This document shows, piece by piece, positions 26,686 to 38,200 of a DNA stretch of 64,000 nt (the stretch's first letter is position 1; each line of letters opens with the position of its first letter). The stretch spans positions 1,174,954-1,238,953 of the forward strand of contig JAAOMT010000009.1 of the NCBI GenBank assembly GCA_016748015.1, given 5' to 3'. The DNA comes from Geosiphon pyriformis uo1 (taxonomy: Eukaryota > Fungi > Glomeromycota). The notes beneath the pieces were generated by a model. That model was given only the letters and a program-made list of their open reading frames with translations. It was not told the origin of the DNA and searched no databases. The translations under genes were made by a program, and so were the position numbers.

Positions 26686-27114
26686 GACATCCGATACTTC
26701 GACAATGGGCACTTAGGAATAATACCCGAAAGAGCCCATCCAACCGATGCCAGATTTGATCTACGTTATCCGAAAGACCAATCCACAACGTTACCATCCA
26801 GGAGCATCACCAAAATCGACCTAAAAATAGCGGTTGAAATTCCGCCAGGAATAATGGTTTAAATGGCGTCGCGATCAAGCCTCGCGAAAAAAGGAATAAG
26901 CGTTCAAGGAGGAGTAATTGACTCCGGATACACTGGAAATTTGATGGTTTTGCTACAGAACAATTCAGAAAAGTCTTATACCATTGAATCTAAGGAAAAG
27001 ATTGCACAAGCAATTTTCCTACCATTGGTAAAAATTGGAAAATTCGTGTCAGTAGAAAATCGTGAGAAATTGTCACAAACAACGAGAGGAACTTTTGGTT
27101 TCGGATTGACAGGA
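26686..27114 (+). pseudogene. dUTPase domain of the Gypsy polyprotein (internal TAA at 26860)
   Basis: Five dUTPase motifs: DA(R)FDL, SRSSLA, GVIDSGYTG, KIAQ, RGTFGFG(L)TG. Confidence 0.92.
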
Positions 27115-27648
27115 AAAGGAATTGAAGCAAATTTCGCTGAAACAATAGGGGAAAAAGGCGAAGTAATTAAAAATGAGCAGTTCATCACGCTCCTACCATA
27201 TGGAAAATCAGAAATAAGAATAAAAAGGACAATTAAAGAAAAAGACCTAATATTTGAGCCCTACCCAGAAACTTGCCAACAGTTTCTCATAGGACTTACT
27301 AACCTTTTTATTCCAGCTGATAAAGCTCAATGGATAAAAATTCCTATTGCAAACACCACAGAAGAACCCGTCTACATTCCGAAAGATACCATCATTGGAT
27401 ACCTCGGAACGGAGCTAGAAAACGTGTCAACACCACAAGAAATTCTAAATTTCCCAGAAATTGCCCTCTACTGTAAACTCACTTCAATAAATTAGCAACA
27501 ACCAGTAGAATGCTATCAATTTAAGCCAGAAAAATTGGCCAAATTAAACATTGGAACAATGGATCCCAACCAATAGTGACAATTAAAAGCATTAATTTTA
27601 AAATACTCTGATATATTTTCAAGAAATGGCGAATTTGGAAGAACCAAC

Positions 27649-28946
27649 TTGGTTCAACACCAAATCCCCACTGGAGATGCCAGACCTGAAAAACAACGCG
27701 CTTACCGTGTCCCACCAATGGAGCATAATTTTATCAGAAAAAAAGTCCAAAGCATGTTGGAAAAAGGAATAATACAACCATCAATGAGCCCATGGTTCTC
27801 ACCAGTTGTTTTAGTAAGAAAAAAGAACGGAAAAATTAGATTTTGTGTCGACTATTGCAAACTAAACAGCAAAACAACCAAAAACTTATATCCAATACCA
27901 TTAATTGACAAAATCTTCGACGTTTTTGGAGGAGCAAAATGGTTTTCTACACTGGACTTGACCAGTGAGTACTGGCAAGTGGAAATGAACCCAAAGAACA
28001 GGCATAAAACAGCATTCACAACACAAAATGGCAATTATGAGTTCAATGTAATGCCATTTGGATTAACAAACGCTTCCGCGACATTCCAAAGACTAATGGA
28101 TGTAATTTACTCCGGAATCCTGTGGCAATCCGTTGTTGTCTACTTGGATGATACAAATGTTTTCTCGTCAAAATTTATGGATCATCTCCAACATTTACAA
28201 CAAGTTTTTGAGAGATTGAGACACGCTAGACTTAAACTAAATCTAGAAAAATGTTTTTTGGGAAAAATGAGCTAGCATTTTTAGGACACGTAGTTGGAAA
28301 AAATGGAATAAAACCAGATTCATCAAAAATAGACAAAGTGAAAAATTTTCCAGTACCTCGAAATGTTTCAGAAGTTAGAAGCTTTTTAGGACTCGCATCT
28401 TACTACTGCCACTTTGTAGAAAACTTTTCAAACATTGCCAAACCTCTTAATTACCTACTATCTAAAAATGTGAAGTTTGAATGGACTGAAGCACAACAAA
28501 AAGCTTTTGAGTACCTTAGACAAAAGCTCATTGAATCACCAATAATAATCTATCCAAATTTCAACAAGAAATTCATTTTGGCCACAGATGCCTCTGGAAC
28601 TGGACTTGGAGCTATTCTGTCACAAAAAGATGATAATGGAAGAGAACGTGTAATCACTTATGCCAACAGAAGTCTCAGTACGGCAGAACAAAACTATGCA
28701 GCATATGAACTTGAATGCTTAGCAGTAGTCTGAAGTTGTGTTCACTTTGACACATATTTACAGTACCAACCCTTTGAGATTACGACAGATCATAGAGGTC
28801 TGGTCTGGTTAAATAACAAGAAAGCGCTAAAAGGAAAATACGCCAGATGGTCACAAATGTTAGCACCATACGATTATATTATCAAATACAAAGAAGGTAC
28901 CAAAAATGCTAATGCTGACTGTTTGTCAAGAATGAGACACACATAA
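27649..28946 (+). pseudogene. pol: Gypsy reverse transcriptase plus RNase H (frameshift ~28260, internal stop)
   Basis: SPWFSPVVLV, RFCVDY, KTAF, MPFGL, YLDD, FLGH, TDASG, ECLAVV, TDH, NADCLSR. Confidence 0.95.
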
Positions 28947-28975
28947 AAATCACCAATCCACCCGCCACAACAACA

Positions 28976-29302
28976 ATGAACAACCATCTTTACAAAAACC
29001 TCAGCCAATACTTGGAAACACTACAAATAGATGAAGAAATGCCAGTAAAAGAGCTAATTAAGCTCCAAAAATTAACAAAACACTATTTCATCCAAAATCA
29101 CATACTTTATTACCGGAATCGACAAAATCCAGATAATCCATTAAGAGTTATAACCACGAATGAAAAAGAAACTATCTTATTTAACATGCACTCAGATATT
29201 TATTCAGGCCACTTTGGAAAAACAGTAACCATCCAACGTGCAACTAGCCATTACTATTGGCTAAAAATGAGCTCAGACATAATCCAATACATAAGAAATT
29301 AA
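28976..29302 (+). pseudogene. Integrase N-terminal zinc-binding part only, in a separate ORF
   Basis: ILFNMHSDIYSGHFG...YYW..M..DIIQYIRN, then the sequence jumps to the PPT. Confidence 0.8.
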
Positions 29303-29343
29303 CTTTGATTTCGACGGAGCTCAATCTTAAAAGGAGGGGATAA

Positions 29344-30092
29344 TGTTACAGTTTAAGAATTTAGAAAAAAGAATCATAAAAATAATACAAACTATTCAAT
29401 CATAATATAGCACAGTAATAATCTTAGAAAGATAATGATTAACATAGTAGCAAACACCATCTCGCGATAGTGGCAAGCACCAGTTCACAATAGCAGCCAA
29501 CACCAACTGGTGATAGCAGCAAACACCAGGTTGAAATATCAAAAAGAAAGTATTNNNNNNNNNNNNNNNNNNNNNNNNNNNNNNNNNNNNNNNNNNNNNN
29601 NNNNNNNNNNNNNNNNNNNNNNNNNNNNNNNNNNNNNNNNNNNNNNNNNNNNNNNNNNNNNNNNNNNNNNNNNNNNNNNNNNNNNNNNNNNNNNNNNNNN
29701 NNNNNNNNNNNNNNNNNNNNNNNNNNNNNNNNNNNNNNNNNNNNNNNNNNNNNNNAATTGATAAAAACTTTATTGTGAGAATTAGAAAAGTGCTAAAGAC
29801 CATTAACATTCTGTGTTTCTAGATTAGAGAAACACATCAGGCAATTGCAAGAATAGCCTCAGAGAAGACCCCAGACAGTGGGTAGATTTCAGTTCAGCCT
29901 CTGAGAAGGAGTACATAAACACACACAACAATCAAGAATTAAAGAATAACTTACATCGCAACAGTAAAAAGAAAGCCTTCAGTGTAACAGTGACATTATC
30001 ACATAAATAAAATTGAGGAACTCACGAAAGACTGATTGCAATTAAAGCGGGATATCAGCAATTAAATATAACAAGAAAACCATCCCGTAACA
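29344..30092 (+). repeat. 3' LTR containing an assembly gap (N 29555-29755)
   Basis: TGTTACAG...CCCGTAACA followed by TSD GCAG. Confidence 0.95.
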
Positions 30093-30147
30093 GCAGGATT
30101 GTTCAATCCACGAACATTACACGTGACAATTTTCTATATCAGACTAC

Positions 30148-31981
30148 TCATTGAGAAAGAGGTAGAGAAGGAGCACCACCTGCCAAAGCCAAACCATCTA
30201 AATGTGCTGATAGGCTCATGACCAAAGCAGAGAGACCTTCCAACATGTTTTCCAATTTCACAATCTCAGATGAGGCAGTTGAATCCAAAACGACAGCAGT
30301 CTTGTCACTAGTGGCATCACCTGAACTCACTTCCATCACTATATCTTTCCCTTGATTCTGTAATAGGGGGGTCACTGGCAGCTGACATCCAGGGCTAGGC
30401 TGGGAAACTGCTGGCATGAATGATTTCAACCTCTTAGCCAACTCACTAATTTGTCCCACAAGGCTGACAAGACTGTTTTCAATGCTAACCAAACATTTTT
30501 CCAAATCATTCATCATTGGAGGGAGAGATTTACCATTTTTAATGGAACCAAGCTGAGAGTTATATCCAAGAGAAGTGCCCAAAAGAATAAAGCCAACCAC
30601 TGACATCCAAGTCTTCCCACCAAAAGCCAAAGAACAAGAAACAGAAGCAGACTTTCTTTTATAAATCTTCACCAATCTAAACCAATCCTGAGCTGAAAGA
30701 GGAGCCCTCTTGCTCTTTGGACTCGAAGACACACCAGCTGATTTACAATTCCTAAATGTATGACCAAAAAAATTGCAAGAGGAACACAAGACAGCAAACA
30801 GGCACAACCAATGGAGTCTGACACCATTTATCACTGAAGTGTTGGCCAGAACCTGATTTAGATTGCTCTCAGACTCAAAACACACTGTAGTACAACATGC
30901 CCAAGTGTAGTTAACTGAATTGCACTCAATGACACATGTTTTTTCACCCACTGAACCAATAAAATCCCAAAGATCATGTGTATTGGTTCTCACAGGAAAA
31001 GTGTAAAACAATGCCTTAAACTCATCTCTGAAATCCCATGTCTGTTTATTCACATCAGCTCTGGCCACTCAGACTGCATCTTTTTCAATAAAGATATGAA
31101 AAGTAGACATGTAAATAAAAAAAGGACCACTTGGATGCCAACAAATCAGCCTGATCAGAATCTCCCAAAGTGACAATTGCTTTTTGCCACAGCCCTACCA
31201 ACTGCATTTTGATTGACACAACAACTCCAAATTCAAAAACAGCTGTGCACACCACCTCAATTGATGTACCAACAGGAATCTCCTTAATTACAATATCCTG
31301 ATTTGTACAATTGTTTACCAGATGCTTAAGATTGGTGTTTACCACAACACCATGATCATAAGCCAATTTTCTTGCAGCCATCATTGCCATTTTAGAAGTA
31401 AAAGTCACATGAATTATCCCACCAAATTTTGAGAGGGTAGAGACCCCCCCAAAACCATTCACACCTGAAAAAATTTTCTTGATAAAATTCAATTTTTCCT
31501 GAGAGGATTTCCCAGCAATAGCCACCAAATCAATATTCAAAGCAAAGGATTTGTGAACAGAAACATGAACTGAAGGTTTAAGTAGAAGAGAAGATAAAAG
31601 GAGGGCAAACTCATCCAAAAAATCACCATTATCAAAGCCATCCTTAAAGTTGATTTTGCCCAGTGGTTTGTCCAATACTTTCTTGGTCTTAATTTTGATA
31701 CCTGAGCTCTTTGGTGTTTGGTTGGGGTCCCTACCATCAAATACATCTCTTTTACCATAATTGATACTGGTCTCCTTAATAAGGCACTCTTCCTTCATGT
31801 CAACACTCTCAAACTCGGTAGTATCACCAGTCTCAGAATTTTGTGAGTGATTTCCAGTTGTTTCAATAACACCCCCTTCTACCAAAACACTCTCAGCCAA
31901 AACACCACTCTTTCTTTTCTTTCTTGATAGGACAGGTTCAAAACCACTACCAGTACCAGAATCTTTTGCAATCTTCTTCAT
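30148..31981 (-). pseudogene. LINE ORF1 (disrupted near 31070-31120; degenerate CCHC knuckle)
   Basis: ORFs 31085-31981 and 30148-31068; CSSCNFFGHTFRNC; the stop overlaps the ORF2 ATG. Confidence 0.85.
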
Positions 31982-33830
31982 GACAGCAATAGTAGGGCCA
32001 ATGGTAGTCTTGAAATCAAAAAACAGTTTGAATTTGCCATACTAAATGGCTAAAAACTTCTTTCACTAAAACTTTTGACTCTTTTTTGGGAATTTGGGAC
32101 AAAGAAAAGAAAGAAGTTTTTACTATTATATTAATAAATTGAATTAATGGTATTGGTATAATATATTATTTTTAATCAAGTAGTATTTAACTTGTTTTTA
32201 AATTTTTGTTTGTTTTTTTAATGTTAATTTTATTAATAATTAAAAAGTTGTAAGATAATATATTAGATATTAGTATGTTTTAATATTTATTTTAATTAAA
32301 TTATTAATAATTTTTGGTGTTTATGTGTGTTTTATTTGAGATAAACAGTTTGTGTTAATGTTTTTAATTTTTTTTTTATAAATAATATTGTATATGTAAA
32401 TTTATAATAAAATAACTCATTTGGTATAATATTTTTCTAATGAGTTTTTATTTATTAGCTAAGTAAAACCTTTGTAATTTGTAATAATATCAAAAAAAAT
32501 TACATAGTAAATATTATCAAAAATATTTTACAGCTTATACAATTACAAAATATTTAATTTTATAAACAATATAGTTTTTTTTGATTATGCTTAAGTCTTT
32601 ACTAATATATATAACTATTTGTTCTTTTTTTTTATCTTATTGTAACAGAATAGCATTTAAACTTGTTCCAAAAACATTAATTGTAAGTTCAAATTTTTTG
32701 GTAAAGTTAAGATATATCAAGATTAAAGCTTTAATGAATTTTTGCTTTAAGTAGTTAAATACTTATTCTTGTTTTTTACTTTATTTTTATCTTGTATTTT
32801 TAATTAATAATTGATTTAAAAGTTGGACTACTGTTGAAAAGTTTTTTTACAAATTTTTAATAGTATAATACAAGTTCTAAAAATTCTTAAAGTTCAGTTA
32901 GATTTTGAAGATAAGAAAAATTTTTAATCTTCTTAATTTTTGCAAAGTCAGATTTTATTTTATTTTTTTCAATTATGTGTTCTAAAAAAACAAATTGTGA
33001 TTTTCTGAAAAAACATTTTTTAAAGTTAAATTTCAGTCCAATAATTTAAAAATTTTTTAAAAACTTGTTGCAGATATTTAAGATAGTTTTCAAATATTGA
33101 AAAGAATATGTTTGTGTTATTTAAGTAGATTATAACTAATTTCTATAAGATTTTGGAATAAACAATATTCATTAATTTTTGAAATATTGTAAAAACATTG
33201 GTTAATTTAAATATCATTATATTAAATTTATAATTGCTATTTTAAATTGTAAAAATAGTTTTTTTTAGTCATTAAGATTCATAACTATTTGCTAATATCT
33301 ACTAATAAGATCTAAAATTAAAAACTATTTGAATTTATCTAAAATATCTAAGATTAAAAACCATTTGAATTTATTTAAAGTATTTAAGATTTTATTAATT
33401 TAAAGTAAGAGATAAATATTTTTTTGTAATATTATTAAGTTTTTTATAGTTAATACAGAATTTGATTTTTCTATTCTTTTTTTATATTAGTATAGTAAAT
33501 AAAAATCATGATTTTATAAAGAATTATATAAGTCTGTTTTTTAATATTTGATCAACTTTTTTTTTTATAAAATTATGTTCAGATAGTAGTACTTAATAGA
33601 CATATTGCTTAATAAATAATATATCTTTTATATAAATCTAATAATAAACTAAGTTAGTTCAATTAAACTTATTTTTTTTGGCAAAAATATCTCAGTATTT
33701 TAAAATAAGTGTTTTTAATTATGTTTGTAAGCAGAGATCTAAAATTAAGCTTAATTAACTTTTTACTAGTTATTTAGTAGTATTTAGTATTTGGTTTTAA
33801 CAAAATTAATTCAGTTTTGTAATATAACAC

Positions 33831-34784
33831 TGTTATTAATAGAATTTTAATTATAAATTAACATAAAATTACTCTTATAATTCCTATTATCAATTAACAT
33901 ATATTAATATTGTTTTAATTATTATTTATTACTTAATTAAATTATTAAATATTACTATTTAATTAATAAATTAATTTGTATAATAGAAATTAGAATGATC
34001 AAATAACACAATATCCCAAACTATATAATATTTAAAAATTTGCTGAAATTTGTATAAAATTTGCCAAAATAATGAATAATTTATTGAAATAGTTAATAGT
34101 TTGATAAAATAACTTGTAGTTCGACAAAATATATCTTTAGTTTATTAAAATTATAGCAAAAAAAAAGTTAAAGTTTATAGACTAGTACTATAACAAGTTA
34201 TATAAAAAAAAGCTTCTTTTTTTAAGAAAATATATCTTATTTTTTTTTAAATTATTTTACAGTACAAATTTAAAATAAAAATATATTTTGAAAACCAATT
34301 TTTAAAATAATTATATTTAAAATTCTTCGAAACCCAACTAATATTTTGAAATTGATTAGCTACCAATTTCAGTAAATCATTAATAATTTCAGGCCTAAAC
34401 CAGAAAACAATTTTCTTAACAAAATTTTATTTCTTTTATATTTTTTTTTTATTTTTTTATTTTTTTTATTATAATCATTAAAGTAATTTACAAACAAAAT
34501 TTCTGTAAAAGAATTAATTTTTACAGCAAAATAACTACACATTTTTAGTAAGCTTCCAGATGAGCAATTTTTGAAAAAGATTTAACATTTACTACAACAT
34601 AACTATATAAAATAACTGGCATAAAATTGGCTATTTTACTTATAAATCTAATAGTTTAAATTATAAGAGATAATTTGAAGATAAATTCAGTTATCAAAAG
34701 CTTAACTACTTTCAAAAAACATCAATTTACAACAAATAAACATTAATAGTATTTAAGAAAGAAGACCAAAAATTTTTAGTAACA
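33831..34784 (+). mobile_element. Solo LTR (family A, more eroded)
   Basis: Direct homolog of 8582-9587; TGTTA...GTAACA; TSD ACAC/ATAC. Confidence 0.85.
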
Positions 34785-35283
34785 ATACCAATTAAAAGAA
34801 GTCATCAATTTTTTGGAATTTATATTAATTAATAATATCTGTATTTAAGTATTTTAAAACCCTATTTTCAAATAAGTATATAGTTTTTTCAAATAAATTG
34901 TAAATGAATATTTTTATTTGCAAATAACTATGACATGATATATACAAATTAATAAAGCCAATTAGAAATTATTTACAAAAGAAAATATAAGACTTAAATA
35001 AAAAAAATTTTTTTATTGCTTTCTTATATGTGTTGAATAAATATGTTTTAAAAAATAGAATTGTAATTATTTTATTAATTCAAATTATTTTTAAGTTTTT
35101 CTGTATTGTTTATATATAATTAATAAATAGAATGACTGTTTTTGTAAAACCAAAATTTTAAGTTTTACATTTGGTTTTTTTAGTTCTTTTTAGGTCTTAA
35201 TAATAATTAATCTGTTAATTTAAAGTAAAAATAAGAAAATTGCTTAGGCAATTTTTTCTTTTGGTTCAATTAAATATGATTAA

Positions 35284-38200
35284 TATTACTTATAAAAAAA
35301 AAATACAAGAAAAAAATAAAAAAAACAGATTATAAAAATAAGCCAATAGAAAAATAATACTTAATATATAAGCTATTTTTAAGAATATGCACATTTATAA
35401 AAAATAAGCATATCATCAGAAAATTATAACATATTTTCAAAAATGTACATATTCACAAAGAATGAGAACATTTTCAAAAAATCATAGCACATTGTTTAAA
35501 AATAAGCACAATTCTAAAAAGTAGCATAAAAAAATAAAAATATATTAAATTTTATATAACAAAAATTATATATATATAATAGTAATATCAAAAGTAAGAA
35601 AAGTATTTAAACAGATTTATTTAAACAAATTCTTAATTAGTTAACAATAAATATTTATAACTTATTTTTTTTTTAAAAGATAGTTTTTTATATCTTGAAA
35701 TAAAATTATTTAAATATCAAATAAAATTATTATTTTATTATCTAATTTATATTTTTTTTTATTGAATTAATATTTTTATTTACCAATTTTATTAACAATT
35801 CATGTTAATAACATTTGCTACTTAATTATATTAAACTAATAGTTCTTAATTATAGCTATTAACAGAATATTAACTTTTTATTTTATTTTTTTTATTTTTT
35901 TTTGTTTCTTTGTTGTTTACTAATTAATTAAAAATTAAGCATTAAAATATTAATATTAAGAATAGCTTAATAAAAAACCTATAAAACAAAAGTAAAAACT
36001 TAAGAATAGCTTATCAAAAAAGCACAACTGTCAAATTAAACTGGACTTTATGCTAAAAAAAAAATTCAGAAAACATTATCAATTAAATTTCTGTTTATTA
36101 TACAAAAAATTTAACTAAAACTTTCAGATCCAAAAACCTTTAGAAATTACCAACAATATTAATTATTGAGCACCAAATTATAAGTTTGTTATTTATTTTA
36201 ATATCTCAAATAATCACCTATAATATTTGGTGTTTCTTGTAAATATAGTCTAACAGAGAACTAGCACCAATAGCAACTATTTAAAAAAGTGGCAGACTTA
36301 GAAGTTATAGAAGCATCATTTAAAATTTACAAAATTCTTATTTTAAAAATATTAATAACAGTTAAGGTTAACCAGTAATTATTTTTTACCTGAATTAGTC
36401 TTTAATTTTTATATCAATAAAAAAATTATACATTTTTTAGAAAGACAAGCAAATTCCAAATTAGTGAAAAAAAATTTTTACAATAAATTATTTTAACATA
36501 CTAGCTTATTACAAAATTATAATTTTGCTCCAATTATTACTAAAATAAATCATGAAATTAAAAAGTACATTTAACAAAAGTTTTCAATTACAGTTATAGA
36601 CAAAAGCAAAAACAGAATATAAACATTAACAAATACATCTAAACTAATACAACCACCTAACTAGAAAAAACCCAGAATTGTTTTTTCATTATATTTATTA
36701 TATTATTATATACTAAAAAGTATTATTAACAGTAAAACCAATTATCTTAAAAGTTCTATTTTAAAACAATTAAAAGAAATTCAAACTGCTAAAAATCTAT
36801 AATAATTACTATAAAGAATTTAAGTTACAACCAACAATATCATTAAAACTTTAATTACTGTCATCTTAACTAAATTTCAAATTCACTAATAATTAAGCAA
36901 ATACTGAATCAAAAAAAAAAACAGTAATAAAAAAAATAATAAACAAAATTTAATCTTAAATAAACTAGAAATTCAAACTTAAACAAACCCAAATAATCTA
37001 AACTTTACTATTATTATTAATAACAACTTATTTCCAATCATTTAAATTAATTTTTTAGTTGTACTAATAGTTACTTTTCAATAATCATAATAATAATTAC
37101 TAGTATTAATGGCCTATGTTCCAATTGCAAAACTAAAAAAATTTACTAATAAAGAAGACAATATTTAAACATGACTAAACAATATATTCAAAGTTATCAT
37201 ATTAATAGCTAGAATAATATCAGAGAATTTTAAGCTATTTTATACTTCTTTTAGAATATTATTAATTCATAATATTAGAACTTAATCAATAAATCTCAAA
37301 TTTTTAATGCATTTAAACAAATTTTTTTGCAGTATTTTAGCAATTATAACAGTATTAACTGCTTGTTAACAGAATTCACTACCATTAAGCAAAGTGATAC
37401 TAAAGCAGTTATTATATATTTGGAATGCTTTCATTAAAATTTGTGTCAAATCTGAGCAATTAATGCTAATTACTTTACAATACTACAGATTTTGAATCAA
37501 TTTATTAGTAAATTATTTAATAACTTGTTATAATAAATACACTTACTATATTTAGCTACTCTCTAAAATGCAGTTACTCATATCAAAGATTTTGAATTAG
37601 TCAAGCTCAAACCAATTATGTTCAAATTATAAATCTGATAATAAATAAATTATCTGATTTAAATTTAAAATTAAAACAATTTAGTAAATTAATTAATTAG
37701 AAATTAGAAGAATACTTAATTAACAATACAGCCATTTATTAACTTTTTTAATGCTGCACTTATTAAAAAAACTCAAATTAGTTTACAAATTAATCATATC
37801 TATTATTATTATTATTATTATTAGCAAATTGATTATAACAACCAAAAATATATATTTGCCACTATTATGAAAAACAAAAACATTTGAAATTAAACTGTTA
37901 TATAAGATTAAATAACTTACAATCGAAAAATCAATATTAAAACCTTAATTACTAGTTTTTAACTTTAAATAATATGCAGAATTAGATACTATATTAATAC
38001 TAATTTTATTATTTTCAAATAATACAGTCAATATACATATTTTTAATGTTCCAAGTCTTAGCTTTAGTAGTTTATTAAGCACTCCAATTTTAGATAATAT
38101 ATTAATTTTAATCAGTTTAAATGTCACTTCAAAATATTGTGTTAATATTAATTAGAAACCAAAAACTGAGAATTATATACACTTAACAAAACTAAAGATC

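Larger units (their letters stand above)
22299..30092 (+). mobile_element. Ty3/Gypsy LTR retrotransposon with dUTPase; integrase core deleted
   Basis: LTRs 22299-23156 and 29344-30092, TSD GCAG, PBS-like TTTGGTG at 23157, PPT AAAAGGAGGGGA before 29344, domain order gag-PR-dUTPase-RT-RH-IN. Confidence 0.97.
17545..32120 (-). mobile_element. Full-length decayed LINE (ORF1; ORF2 APE-RT-RNase H-Zn finger), split by the Gypsy at 22299-30092; ends approximate
   Basis: Removing the Gypsy and one GCAG restores CNVRGLNNPAKQDDVI (APE N-terminus); GGDFN, IDYVF, AFVDD, KVKGHS and CLYCGEVEISDHVFSC motifs; A-rich 3' tail at ~17545. Confidence 0.93.

Noticed and set aside
25936-27495. Programmed stop read-through or alternative genetic code in the Gypsy polyprotein
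   Set aside because: All three stop types occur, each one transition from TGG/CGA/CAA; mutation is the simpler explanation
34785-35283. Continuation of the hAT transposase on the other side of the Gypsy
   Set aside because: Could not read a convincing dimerisation-domain motif and no TSD links the two flanks
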